From: Prochlorococcus sp. AG-363-N16
GTDB taxonomy: Bacteria; Cyanobacteriota; Cyanobacteriia; PCC-6307; Cyanobiaceae
Assembly: GCA_003280135.1 (NCBI GenBank)
Contig: QCFW01000002.1
Location: 40,594-104,593, forward strand
DNA: 64,000 bases
Reading direction: 5' to 3'
The notes beneath the pieces are model-generated. The model had not been told where the DNA came from. It worked only from the letters and a program-made list of their open reading frames with translations, and searched no databases. This document shows positions 45,222-55,091 of this stretch, in pieces. Every line of letters starts with the position of its first letter. Positions within the stretch are counted from its first letter, which is position 1. The position numbers and the translations under genes are program-made.

Positions 45222-46229
45222 ATGGCTAATGCCTCGAAAGTTATTGCTGTTGAAAAATCAGAAATTGCTTTGAATCAAAAGGCTCTTATAGATACTGATA
45301 TTGTTAGGTCTTATTTAAGAGACATAGGAAGAGTCCCTTTGCTGTCTCATGAACAAGAAATCACTTTAGGAAGGCAGGTGCAAGAGTTAATGTCTTTTGA
45401 AAAGGTTCAAAAAGATCTTGAGATAACTTTTGGTTCAAGACCTGAATTACAGCAAGTTGCAGATCATATGAAAATTCCTCTTACAACATTGCAAAAGAAA
45501 TTGAAACGAGGTGAACGAGCAAAAGAGAGAATGGTTTCAGCGAACTTACGCTTGGTTGTTAGTGTTGCAAAGAAATATACAAAGAGAGATATGGAACTAT
45601 TAGATCTTATTCAAGAAGGAACTATTGGTTTGGTTAGAGGTGTAGAAAAATTTGATCCAGCAAGGGGTTATAAATTTTCTACTTATGCTTATTGGTGGAT
45701 TAGGCAAGGAATTACAAGAGCAATAGCTGAGAAAAGTAGAGCAATTAGATTGCCAATACATATTAATGAGATGCTGAATAAATTGAAAAAAGGGCAAAGA
45801 GAGTTAAGTCAGCAATTATATAGAACACCCTCTATTAAAGAACTTTCTGATTATGTAGATATCTCTATTGAGGAAGTCAAGGAATTAATGGTTAGAGTTG
45901 GAAAACCTATTAGTTTAGAGACTAAAGTAGGTGATGGAGAAGACAGTATTTTGCTAGATTTGTTATCTTTAGATGATAATTTACCTGAACAAAAACTTGA
46001 AAACAAGTGTATGAAAGATGACTTAGATGATCTTATTTATAAGTTACCAGAGATGCAGCAAAGAGTTATAAAGATGCGCTTTGGAATAAATGGTGAAGAA
46101 CCAATGACACTTACTGGAATTGGAAGAGTCTTAGGAATTAGTAGAGATAGAGTAAGAAATCTTCAAAGGGATGCTCTAAAAGGATTGCGTTTATACTCTG
46201 AGAGTATCCAGGCTTATATCGCATGTTGA
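45222..46229 (+). CDS. RNA polymerase sigma-70 family factor (group 2, RpoD-like)
   Basis: Region 1.2 YLRDIGRVPLLSHEQE, region 2 ANLRLVVSVAKKY...LIQEGTIGLVRGVEKFDPARGYKFSTYAYWWIRQ, and region 4 near the C-terminus. I prefer ATG 45222 over the TTG at 45150. Confidence 0.92.
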   Translation: MANASKVIAVEKSEIALNQKALIDTDIVRSYLRDIGRVPLLSHEQEITLGRQVQELMSFEKVQKDLEITFGSRPELQQVADHMKIPLTTLQKKLKRGERAKERMVSANLRLVVSVAKKYTKRDMELLDLIQEGTIGLVRGVEKFDPARGYKFSTYAYWWIRQGITRAIAEKSRAIRLPIHINEMLNKLKKGQRELSQQLYRTPSIKELSDYVDISIEEVKELMVRVGKPISLETKVGDGEDSILLDLLSLDDNLPEQKLENKCMKDDLDDLIYKLPEMQQRVIKMRFGINGEEPMTLTGIGRVLGISRDRVRNLQRDALKGLRLYSESIQAYIAC

Positions 46230-47134
46230 ATGAGTTTAATTAGTATTGGGTTTACTTTTTCAGGGCTCTCATCGTGAGGACAATGTCCTTTTCCTTCAAT
46301 TATCTCTAAAGATCGGATACATCTAATAGTTTTTATCCATTCCTTAGCCTCTGTTACTGGTTCCCAAGGGTCTTTTTCACCCCAAATTAAGTCAACAGGA
46401 ATATCTAAATTTTCCATTAATTTTGGAGCAAGATAGTCATCAAAAATATTTATAAATCCATGAAAAGCTTCTGAGGCATTAGGCCTTACTGTTGGCTTAT
46501 ATAAAATATCTATTAGTTCAGCATTTAGATTTTTACCACTAGGATAAGCTTTGTTCAAAATATTTTTAATGAAAGAACGATTTGCAGCTGTGCGCAAAAG
46601 ATTTTTACTTACCCACCTTTGCTTTACTGCTAACTTTAATGCTGGTCTTAAATATTGCATTAAAATGGATTGTTCTTTTAAACGTTTATCATCCATTGTT
46701 CGAAGTGCACAATTTATCAGGATTACACTTTTGCATTTTTTCTTTAATAATTTAGCTGCTTGAAGAGCTATAACTCCACCAATTGAATTCCCTATAAGAA
46801 TGACTTGATTTTGAATTATTGAATTGCAAAAACTAGCAATTTGTTCAGCCCAGTTGTCAAAGTTATATAGGAAGGTTTTTGGACTATTTTTGTTTTTTTC
46901 TATTGTTGAATATGGTTGACTACTTTCTCCAAAGCCAATGAGATCAATGGAATAACATGGTGCAACCTTGCCAAGAATTTCTTGATTGTATCTCCAGTGG
47001 TCTTTGCAGGCTCCGAAACCATGAATTAATAATATTGAGGTTTTAGACTGCATCTCATTCCCTGAGTGTTTCCAAGCAACTTCTAATTCTTTCCAGTGCC
47101 AAATAAAACTATCGGAATCAATCAAAATGATCAC
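46214..47134 (-). CDS. Alpha/beta-fold hydrolase
   Basis: 306 aa with LLIHGFGAC...HW, nucleophile elbow GNSIGG and C-terminal GHCPHDE. Confidence 0.8.
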   Translation of the reverse strand: MIILIDSDSFIWHWKELEVAWKHSGNEMQSKTSILLIHGFGACKDHWRYNQEILGKVAPCYSIDLIGFGESSQPYSTIEKNKNSPKTFLYNFDNWAEQIASFCNSIIQNQVILIGNSIGGVIALQAAKLLKKKCKSVILINCALRTMDDKRLKEQSILMQYLRPALKLAVKQRWVSKNLLRTAANRSFIKNILNKAYPSGKNLNAELIDILYKPTVRPNASEAFHGFINIFDDYLAPKLMENLDIPVDLIWGEKDPWEPVTEAKEWIKTIRCIRSLEIIEGKGHCPHDESPEKVNPILIKLIQHAI

Positions 47135-48295
47135 TCCATCGAAGTTTTCTTTAATAGAAACAGCATAGAAGAAATAAGGTCAAATCTTTTGAGTTGGTTT
47201 GATCTACAAGGCAGACATTGGATTCCTTGGAAGTTGAATGAATATGGTGAATTGCCAAATGAGCAAGAAAATTTACCCATATATCCCATTTTTGTGGCTG
47301 AAGTAATGCTTCAGCAAACACAACTCAAGGTTGTTTTGCCTTATTGGGAAAAATGGATGAGAATTCTTCCCACTTTGGAGGATTTAGCTTCTGCAGAATT
47401 AAATCAGGTGCTTTTTTTGTGGTCTGGATTAGGTTATTACTCTAGAGTTAAAAGACTGCATCAATGTTCTCAAATTCTTTTGAAGTCGATAGGCAAGACA
47501 CAAACTTTAGATATATCTAGATGGCCACAAGATGTAGATACTTGGATTGGATTGCCTGGAATAGGTAGAACTACAGCAGGTAGTATTCTTTCTTCTGCTT
47601 TTAATTTCCCCACACCCTTGCTTGATGCAAATGTAAAAAGAATTATTTCGCGACTAATTGGTATTAGGAAGCCTGCATCCCAAAACTTATCTCAACTGTG
47701 GTATATAAGTACCCTTTTATTAGATAAGAAATTTCCTAGGAATTTTAATCAAGCTTTAATGGATCTAGGTGCGACTGTTTGCAGTAATAAATCCCCAAAA
47801 TGTATAAGCTGTCCTATAAATAGCTATTGCTTTGCTTATAGCTCTGGAAGCCCTATTGATTTTCCCAAAAAAGAAAGGACAAGAAATGTGCAAAAAGTTT
47901 GTATAGGTATTGGTGTGATACTGAATCAAGTTGGACAGGTTCTCATTGATAAACGTCCAGATGAAGTAAGTATGGGTGGAATGTGGGAGTTTCCTGGTGG
48001 AAAGCAAGAAGATGCGGAGCTAATTGAAGATACTATTTTTCGAGAGCTGAAGGAGGAATTAGGTATTAAAGTGAAAGTGAGAGAAAAACTGATTGCTTTT
48101 GATCATTCATATACTCATAAACATCTAACTTTTGTTGTTCATTTATGTGAAATAATATCGGGCAATCTTGAGCCCTTTTCAAGTTCTGAATTCAAGTGGG
48201 TTGCGGTTCAAGATTTGGATGATTATGCTTTCCCAGCAGCGAATCAAAAAATGATTAAGGCATTAAAACAATATTTAAAAAATAATGAGAATTAA
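47096..48295 (+). CDS. mutY: A/G-specific adenine DNA glycosylase MutY with NUDIX-like C-terminal domain
   Basis: HhH-GPD region (GLPGIGRTTAG), Fe-S cluster loop C-x6-C-x2-C-x5-C (CSNKSPKCISCPINSYC) and a MutT-like C-terminus (GGMWEFPGGK...RELKEELG). The GTG 47096 start is uncertain; the next candidate is TTG at about 47189. Confidence 0.88.
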   Translation: MPNKTIGINQNDHSIEVFFNRNSIEEIRSNLLSWFDLQGRHWIPWKLNEYGELPNEQENLPIYPIFVAEVMLQQTQLKVVLPYWEKWMRILPTLEDLASAELNQVLFLWSGLGYYSRVKRLHQCSQILLKSIGKTQTLDISRWPQDVDTWIGLPGIGRTTAGSILSSAFNFPTPLLDANVKRIISRLIGIRKPASQNLSQLWYISTLLLDKKFPRNFNQALMDLGATVCSNKSPKCISCPINSYCFAYSSGSPIDFPKKERTRNVQKVCIGIGVILNQVGQVLIDKRPDEVSMGGMWEFPGGKQEDAELIEDTIFRELKEELGIKVKVREKLIAFDHSYTHKHLTFVVHLCEIISGNLEPFSSSEFKWVAVQDLDDYAFPAANQKMIKALKQYLKNNEN

Positions 48296-48349
48296 TTTTT
48301 GTAGATTTTTTTAATTTAAGTATAAAAATACAATTACTTTTATTTTTAT

Positions 48350-49354
48350 ATGAAAGATTCCAAAGTAATTTGTATAGGAGAAGCCCTAGTTGACCGACTA
48401 GGTCCTTATGGTGGAGATCCATCTGTTGACAAACCATTCCAGGATTGCTTAGGAGGTGCTCCTGCAAATGTTGCATGTGGATTAAAAAGATTAGGAATCG
48501 ATGTCGCTTTTGTTGGTTGTTTAGGTCAGGACCAGATTGGAAAGAAATTTCAGAATCTTTTTGCTTCTAGGGGGGTTGATATCAGAGGATTGCAAATGCA
48601 TCCATTTTTACCAAGTCGAATTGTTCTTGTTAAGAGAGATTTATCTGGAGAAAGAACGTTTGGCGGTTTTAATGGAGATAAGGGAAAAGGTTTTTCAGAT
48701 CAATTTTTGCAACTAGCTGATATAAAATCAATTTGCTTAGAATTAATGAAGGATTCTAACTGGCTTGTTCTAGGAACTATTTTATTGGCTTCAAATGAAT
48801 CAAAAAAAACTATTTTATGGCTTATAGATGAAGCTAAAAAGAAAAATCTTAATATTGTTATTGATTTAAATTGGAGGCCTATATTTTGGGATAAAAAGTT
48901 TGCTCCTAATACACAACCAAGTAAAGAAATTTGCTCTTTAGTTCATACTATTTTAGAAAAAGCTAATTGGATAAAATTGGCCAAAGAAGAGGCAATTTGG
49001 TTTTTCAATAGTAATGTTCCCTCTGTAATATCTGATTACTTTTCGCATAAGCCAAATATAATAATTACCGATGGGAAGAATCCTATTCAATGGAATATTC
49101 AAGGTAAAAATGGTATTTTAGATCCAATAAAATTAAGTAAAGTAGTAGATACAACTGGAGCAGGAGATTCTTTTTTGGCAGGATTGATAGCTAAACTTTG
49201 CCATTCAAAATCAATTAAAAAAAATTCTTTTAATTTTGAGAACATAGTGCGTTTTGCAGCAGCTTGTGGTGCATTAGTTTGTCTTGGTGAGGGTGCTATT
49301 GACCCCCAACCTACTTTTGCTGATGTCGAAGAATTTTTATCTCAACATTCTTAA
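48350..49354 (+). CDS. PfkB-family carbohydrate kinase (fructokinase-like)
   Basis: 334 aa with N-terminal GEALVD...GGAPANVA and the C-terminal signature DTTGAGDSF. Confidence 0.85.
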   Translation: MKDSKVICIGEALVDRLGPYGGDPSVDKPFQDCLGGAPANVACGLKRLGIDVAFVGCLGQDQIGKKFQNLFASRGVDIRGLQMHPFLPSRIVLVKRDLSGERTFGGFNGDKGKGFSDQFLQLADIKSICLELMKDSNWLVLGTILLASNESKKTILWLIDEAKKKNLNIVIDLNWRPIFWDKKFAPNTQPSKEICSLVHTILEKANWIKLAKEEAIWFFNSNVPSVISDYFSHKPNIIITDGKNPIQWNIQGKNGILDPIKLSKVVDTTGAGDSFLAGLIAKLCHSKSIKKNSFNFENIVRFAAACGALVCLGEGAIDPQPTFADVEEFLSQHS

Positions 49355-49833
49355 GAAATAACTTGAACTAACCTTCCGCCACTATCTAAATATTTTAGCT
49401 TTATATACCATGCTTCATTAAGAATTATGGATAACCGAGATGGCCATTCAATAACCATAAGTGCGTTTAGATCATTTGCTTCTTCTTCTTCTTCATAGAA
49501 AAACTCATTTGCCGCTGAAGGCTTTTCTAACCTATAAAGATCTAAATGAAAAAGAGTTCTTTTGTGATTTAGATAATGATGAGATAAACCAAAAGTTGGG
49601 CTTGTAATAGGTTCATTTATTCCAAAGCCTCTTCCTATTCCTTTGATTAATGATGTTTTCCCTGCGCCTAATGGACCTTCTAGTAATAGTATCTTTACGT
49701 GTTCAAGGTTTTTGCTGAGCGCTTCCCCAAAATTGATTGTGGCTTCTAAGTCATCAAGAATCCAGCCTGATTGGTTAGATTCCCATTTAATTGAATCTGG
49801 GACTTGTAGTTTTTTCATTTCTTTTTCATTCAT
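49351..49833 (-). CDS. tsaE: tRNA threonylcarbamoyladenosine biosynthesis ATPase TsaE
   Basis: 160 aa with P-loop GPLGAGKTS and SPTFGL...HLDLYRL. Confidence 0.85.
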   Translation of the reverse strand: MNEKEMKKLQVPDSIKWESNQSGWILDDLEATINFGEALSKNLEHVKILLLEGPLGAGKTSLIKGIGRGFGINEPITSPTFGLSHHYLNHKRTLFHLDLYRLEKPSAANEFFYEEEEEANDLNALMVIEWPSRLSIILNEAWYIKLKYLDSGGRLVQVIS

Positions 49834-49856
49834 TAGCTTATTTACTTTTTAAAATC

Positions 49857-51287
49857 ATGCTTGCAGAATCGGTATCAAGTTCAAAATCTACAAAGCATGT
49901 AGATTATGAAATTACAGACATTGAATTAGCAGCTTTTGGGAGGAAAGAGCTCGATATAGCCGAAAAAGAGATGCCAGGTTTAATTGCTTTGAGAAGACAA
50001 TATTCTAAAGAGCAACCTTTAAAAGGAGCCCGAATAGCAGGAAGCTTACATATGACAATTCAAACTGGTGTTTTAATTGAAACTTTAAAATCTTTAGGGG
50101 CCGATATTAGATGGGCATCATGCAATATCTTTTCAACACAAGATCATGCCGCTGCTGCTATTGCCAAAGCAGGCATACCAGTTTTTGCAAAAAAGGGGGA
50201 AACATTAGACGAATATTGGGCTTATACCCATAGGATTCTTGAATGGGGTGGCGGCGGTTCGCCAAATATGATTTTGGATGATGGTGGTGATGCAACTGGA
50301 TTAGTAATTCTTGGCAGTCGAGCTGAAAAAGACCTATCAGTTTTAGATAATCCTTCGAATGAAGAAGAAGTAGCATTATTCGCTTCTATTAAGAAGAAAT
50401 TATCCGAAAACCCTTCTTTTTATTCCACAATAAATGAATCAATTATAGGAGTAACAGAAGAAACTACAACTGGAGTAGCAAGGTTATATCAGATGCAGAA
50501 TAGTGGTGAACTTCCTTTTCCTGCTATCAATGTCAATGACTCAGTAACCAAGAGCAAATTTGATAATCTTTATGGCTGTCGCGAATCTTTGGTTGATGGT
50601 ATTAAAAGAGCAACTGATGTAATGGTGGCTGGAAAAGTTGCTTTGGTTATTGGATATGGCGATGTTGGTAAAGGATCTGCCCAATCTTTACGTGGTTTAG
50701 GGGCAACAGTTATGATTGCAGAAATTGATCCTATTTGTGCTCTTCAAGCTTCAATGGAGGGTTATAGAGTTGTTCTTTTAGAAGATGTTGTAGAAGAAGT
50801 TGATATTTTTGTTACTGCAACTGGCAACTATCAAGTGATACGCCATGAGCATCTTATTCGTATGAAAGATGAATCTATTGTATGTAATATTGGCCATTTT
50901 GATAATGAAATTGATGTTGCTTCTTTAAAAGAATATAAATGGGACAATATTAAACCTCAAGTTGATCATATTTCCTTGCCAAGTGGTAATAAAATTATTC
51001 TTTTAGCAGAAGGAAGATTAGTTAATTTAGGTTGCGCAACTGGTCATCCAAGTTTTGTAATGAGTAATTCTTTTACTAATCAGGTACTTGCACAAATTGA
51101 ACTATTTAACAAGAGTAATGATTATAAAAATAAAGTTTATGTATTACCAAAACATCTTGATGAGAAGGTTGCTAGATTACATCTAGATAAGATAGGTGCC
51201 AAATTAACAAAGCTTACTAAGTCTCAGGCAAATTATATTAATGTTCCTATTGAAGGTCCATATAAATCTGAACACTATAGGTATTAA
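49857..51287 (+). CDS. ahcY: Adenosylhomocysteinase
   Basis: 476 aa from ATG 49857 with [32 protein letters not shown]-binding GYGDVGKG and C-terminal YRY. Confidence 0.97.
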   Translation: MLAESVSSSKSTKHVDYEITDIELAAFGRKELDIAEKEMPGLIALRRQYSKEQPLKGARIAGSLHMTIQTGVLIETLKSLGADIRWASCNIFSTQDHAAAAIAKAGIPVFAKKGETLDEYWAYTHRILEWGGGGSPNMILDDGGDATGLVILGSRAEKDLSVLDNPSNEEEVALFASIKKKLSENPSFYSTINESIIGVTEETTTGVARLYQMQNSGELPFPAINVNDSVTKSKFDNLYGCRESLVDGIKRATDVMVAGKVALVIGYGDVGKGSAQSLRGLGATVMIAEIDPICALQASMEGYRVVLLEDVVEEVDIFVTATGNYQVIRHEHLIRMKDESIVCNIGHFDNEIDVASLKEYKWDNIKPQVDHISLPSGNKIILLAEGRLVNLGCATGHPSFVMSNSFTNQVLAQIELFNKSNDYKNKVYVLPKHLDEKVARLHLDKIGAKLTKLTKSQANYINVPIEGPYKSEHYRY

Positions 51288-51303
51288 GTTTAGTGTATCT
51301 ATT

Positions 51304-51960
51304 ATGAATATTTCGGAGTTTATTCTCTCTATTCCAGATTTTATTTCGAATGCTGTTGAGTTAAATCAATGGATAGGTTATGCGGCTATATTCTTGGCAA
51401 TGTTTTTAGAAAATGTAATCCCTCCCATCCCATCTGAAATTATTATGCCTTTAGGTGGATTTTATGTATCTCAAGGTCAGTTAGATTTTGTCCCGGTTGT
51501 TTTATCAGGTGTATTGGGAACATTGTTAGGAGCATATCCATGGTATGGATTAGGACGTTTGTTGAATGAGGACAGATTAGAAGTATGGTTAGAAAAATAT
51601 GGTAAATGGATTGGAGTTAGTTCTCAAGAGTTATCTCAAAGTAGACTTTGGTTTAATAAATATGGAAATGCATTAGTTTTTTGGGGACGATTAATACCTG
51701 GTATTAGAACATTAATTTCAGTACCTGCTGGAATTGAATTAATGCCTATTGTACCTTTCACAATATGGACTACTGCTGGAAGTATTGTTTGGATCTCTCT
51801 TTTAACTATTGCAGGAATTTTGTTAGGTGAAAGTTATAGTCAAATAGAACTTTGGCTGAGCCCTTTTTCTACTGCAATTAAGTATGTTTTATTTTTTGGC
51901 TTGTTATCACTATTTTGTTGGTTTGGAATAAGATTTTTTAAAAAAAATAGAAAAAGTTGA
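51304..51960 (+). CDS. DedA/SNARE-associated family membrane protein
   Basis: 218 aa from ATG 51304, multi-TM, with family motifs FLENVIPPIPSE and GRLIPGIRTLISVPAG. Confidence 0.8.
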   Translation: MNISEFILSIPDFISNAVELNQWIGYAAIFLAMFLENVIPPIPSEIIMPLGGFYVSQGQLDFVPVVLSGVLGTLLGAYPWYGLGRLLNEDRLEVWLEKYGKWIGVSSQELSQSRLWFNKYGNALVFWGRLIPGIRTLISVPAGIELMPIVPFTIWTTAGSIVWISLLTIAGILLGESYSQIELWLSPFSTAIKYVLFFGLLSLFCWFGIRFFKKNRKS

Positions 51961-51976
51961 ATAGAATCTTCATTCA

Positions 51977-52363
51977 TCAAAAAGGTATTTCTTCTTCATT
52001 TTTCTGAAATTGGGATTGAGCGTTATTAAATCTTCCCTCTTCTATTTCTCTCTTTCCACCTAGTAATTCTAATCTTTCTACTCTGATCACAGGTTTAGAT
52101 CTATCTTCGCCTGTTTTTTTGTCTTTCCATTGATCAAGTTTAAAACTTCCTGTGATACCAATCAAAGAGCCTTTTTTTACATAGTCTGCTGCAACTTGAG
52201 CTTGCTTGCCCCAGATTTCTAAATTGAACCAATCTGGCTCATCTTGTTTGTTGCGTCTATTAACTGCAATAGCAAAGTTTGCAACTATTGAGCCAGATTC
52301 AAAATACCTTACTTCTGGATCGCGACCTGCTCTGCCAACAAGGCTTATGGAATTAATCGTCAT
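51977..52363 (-). CDS. ssb: Single-stranded DNA-binding protein
   Basis: 128 aa OB fold (INSISLVGRAGRDPEVRYF) with an acidic tail ending EEEIPF. Confidence 0.93.
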   Translation of the reverse strand: MTINSISLVGRAGRDPEVRYFESGSIVANFAIAVNRRNKQDEPDWFNLEIWGKQAQVAADYVKKGSLIGITGSFKLDQWKDKKTGEDRSKPVIRVERLELLGGKREIEEGRFNNAQSQFQKNEEEIPF

Positions 52364-52494
52364 TAAGTTAATTGTCTTTAAATCTAAAATAATGAGGAAA
52401 TCTTGATTGGACTATATAAAAGCTGGTCGATGACCTTCTGAAATGTTTAAAAGACATTATGATTCAAATTCTTATTCTTCTTCATTTTTAGATT

Positions 52495-53547
52495 GTGTTT
52501 TTACGTCGCTTAAGGCTATCTCGAGATATTGGAATCGATTTAGGCACTGCAAATACTGTTATTTACGTGCAAGGTAAAGGAATAGTCCTTGAAGAGCCTT
52601 CTGTTGTGGCTATGGATCTTGAAGAAGGGGAACCTCTAGCAGTAGGAGAGGATGCCAAATTGATGCTAGGACGCACTCCAGGCAACATCAGGGCTGTGCG
52701 ACCTTTGAGAGATGGAGTGATAGCTGATTTTGATGCTGCTGAGCAAATGCTCAAAACTTTTATTCTTAAATGTAATGAAGGCCGAGGAATTATTGCTCCA
52801 AGATTGGTTGTTGGTATTCCAAGTGGAGTAACAAGTGTTGAAAGAAGAGCCGTTAGAGAGGCTGGACTTGCAGGTGCTAGAGAAGTTCATTTAATTGATG
52901 AACCAGTTGCTGCTGCTATAGGAGCTCATCTTCCAGTGACTGAGCCAATTGGAACTATGATTGTTGATATTGGTGGAGGCACAACAGAAGTTGCGGTGTT
53001 AAGTCTTGGTGGAACTGTTTTAAGTGAATCTGTTCGTGTTGCTGGAGATGAGATTAATGATTCAATAGGAGTTTATTTGAAAAAAGTTCATAACCTAGTA
53101 GTTGGAGAGAGAACCGCGGAAGAAATTAAAATCAGAATAGGCTCAGCATTTCCTGATAATGAATTTGATTTGAAATCAATGGATGTAAGAGGTCTTCATT
53201 TACTTTCAGGTTTGCCTAGGTCTATCAATTTGAATGCAGGAGATCTTCGTGAAGCAATGTCTGAACCGTTGAATAAAATTGTTGACGCTGTTAAAAGAGT
53301 GTTAGAAAGAACCCCTCCTGAATTAGCCGCAGATATTGTTGATAGAGGAATTATGCTTGCAGGGGGTGGTGCTTTGGTTAAAGGTATTAGTGATTTAATA
53401 AGTCATGAAACAGGAATATTTGCTCATGTTGCTGAAGAACCTTTATTGTGCGTTGTCAATGGTTGTGGCCAAGTTTTAGATAACTTTAAGCGTTTAAAAA
53501 GAGTTGTTGATACTCCAGATTTTGCAAGAAATGCAATCAGAGATTGA
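52495..53547 (+). CDS. mreB: Rod-shape-determining protein MreB
   Basis: 350 aa actin-like protein with IGIDLGTANT and DIGGGTTEVAV. GTG start. Confidence 0.97.
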   Translation: MFLRRLRLSRDIGIDLGTANTVIYVQGKGIVLEEPSVVAMDLEEGEPLAVGEDAKLMLGRTPGNIRAVRPLRDGVIADFDAAEQMLKTFILKCNEGRGIIAPRLVVGIPSGVTSVERRAVREAGLAGAREVHLIDEPVAAAIGAHLPVTEPIGTMIVDIGGGTTEVAVLSLGGTVLSESVRVAGDEINDSIGVYLKKVHNLVVGERTAEEIKIRIGSAFPDNEFDLKSMDVRGLHLLSGLPRSINLNAGDLREAMSEPLNKIVDAVKRVLERTPPELAADIVDRGIMLAGGGALVKGISDLISHETGIFAHVAEEPLLCVVNGCGQVLDNFKRLKRVVDTPDFARNAIRD

Positions 53548-53550
53548 CCT

Positions 53551-54297
53551 ATGAGCCTTCTTCGAAGAGATGAAACTTTTCGTTGGTGGTATAAAAAGAA
53601 AATCTGGTTTTGGTTAATTGTACTTTTAGCTTTAAATTTTATTCGTATTAACCAGGGTTATTTACTTGCTGATTTTTATGCATTGATTTCGAGACCTTTT
53701 TGGCCTAGTTTCGCGCAAAAGGAATGGATAAAAAATGGAATTAATTTAGAGCATAAAATAAGACTTGATTTGATTCAAAAAGATAATGATCGCTTAAGAA
53801 AGTTACTTTCTTTGAAATCGATTGATGATGAGAATAGAATTTCAGCTGCTGTAATTTCTAGAAATGAAAAAGGTTTTTGGAATCAGTTGATACTTAATAA
53901 AGGCACTAAGAATGGAATTCAATCCGGCAATATTGTTTTAGCTCCAGGAGGCATTTTGGGAGTTATAGATGGTACTACTTTAACTACATCAAAAGTAAGG
54001 CTACTTACCTCTCCAGGAAGCAAAGTAGGGGTTTGGATTGAGCGATCCAAATCGCATGCTGTATTAGTAGGCACAAGTAATAATAGACCTCAACTTAATT
54101 TTCTTGATAAGAACCCTGACGTGAAAATAGGTGATGTTATTAGTACTTCACCAGCAAGTATTTTGTTACCTCCTAACTTGACGGTAGGGGTAGTTCAATT
54201 TATTGACTTTGATCATTTACCAGCTCCTTATGCATTAGTTCAGTTGCTTTCGAATCCTGAATCAATGGATTGGGTTCAGGTCATTATTTCTGATTAA
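53551..54297 (+). CDS. mreC: Rod-shape-determining protein MreC
   Basis: 248 aa with an N-terminal TM, a coiled-coil segment (DNDRLRKLL) and a beta-barrel region. It sits between mreB and mreD. Confidence 0.85.
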   Translation: MSLLRRDETFRWWYKKKIWFWLIVLLALNFIRINQGYLLADFYALISRPFWPSFAQKEWIKNGINLEHKIRLDLIQKDNDRLRKLLSLKSIDDENRISAAVISRNEKGFWNQLILNKGTKNGIQSGNIVLAPGGILGVIDGTTLTTSKVRLLTSPGSKVGVWIERSKSHAVLVGTSNNRPQLNFLDKNPDVKIGDVISTSPASILLPPNLTVGVVQFIDFDHLPAPYALVQLLSNPESMDWVQVIISD

Positions 54298-54299
54298 AA

Positions 54300-54800
54300 A
54301 TGTTTACCCAAAAGTCTAGTTTTATTCTGCTAGGTGCTTTTATTCCGTTTTTATATTTTTTATCTCCTAATTGGTTTGAGATTGAAGGTGTGGGACCTAG
54401 TTGGGCTTTACTTTGGTTATTACCTTTGTCACTTGAAAAAGGTCCATTTGCAGGCGCGTTTGGAGGACTAGGTCTCGGACTAATTTTAGATGGTTTTTTT
54501 TTGGACGGAGTCACAAATATTCCTTCGTTGGTTTTTATTGGTTATGTGTGGGGTCTTTTAGCTCTGAAAGGACCATCCATAAAAAAAAGTTTTAATTTTG
54601 GCTTACTTGCTTTTTTAGGTTGCCTTATAAATGGATTGTTTCTTTGGGCTCAAAATATTATTTCTTTCAATATCAATTCGTTGATTTTGTTTAACGCGTC
54701 AATGCTTCATACTTTGCTGGCTCAATCAATTATCACAGCTTTGATAGCACCAATGTCTTCTTCCCTATTAATATTGACTTTTTTTAGAAGTAAAGTTTGA
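54300..54800 (+). CDS. mreD: Rod-shape-determining protein MreD
   Basis: 166 aa polytopic membrane protein starting 3 nt after mreC. The call rests on position and topology. Confidence 0.7.
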   Translation: MFTQKSSFILLGAFIPFLYFLSPNWFEIEGVGPSWALLWLLPLSLEKGPFAGAFGGLGLGLILDGFFLDGVTNIPSLVFIGYVWGLLALKGPSIKKSFNFGLLAFLGCLINGLFLWAQNIISFNINSLILFNASMLHTLLAQSIITALIAPMSSSLLILTFFRSKV

Positions 54801-54902
54801 TAATTAAAGTTATTGGAAGATGTTTGGTGCGACTAAGGCTTATACTTTGTTCATATTGATATTCTAACTAAGCCTTCTATCTCTTTATTGTTTATAGTTA
54901 CC

Positions 54903-55091
54903 ATGAAACAGGATAGAAATGAGTATTTTTACTTAGGAATAAATACTCTAAGAATCTTTAGAAAAACTTATTTATTTGATTTTTTTATTGCGTTAGGTTT
55001 GGGGTGGAAGGCTATGGTTGCATTTCAGATAGAAAGTTTATTTTTCATGAAGGGGGTTTATCCAAGTTTCATATCAATCAATTTAGTTTGA
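54903..55091 (+). CDS. Candidate upstream small ORF (62 aa) stop-start overlapped with the response regulator
   Basis: ATG 54903 (or TTG 54888) through TGA 55089-55091, where the final A is the A of the regulator ATG. One hydrophobic stretch (LFDFFIALGLGWKAMVAF). I recognise no family, and it may be non-coding. Confidence 0.3.
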   Translation: MKQDRNEYFYLGINTLRIFRKTYLFDFFIALGLGWKAMVAFQIESLFFMKGVYPSFISINLV

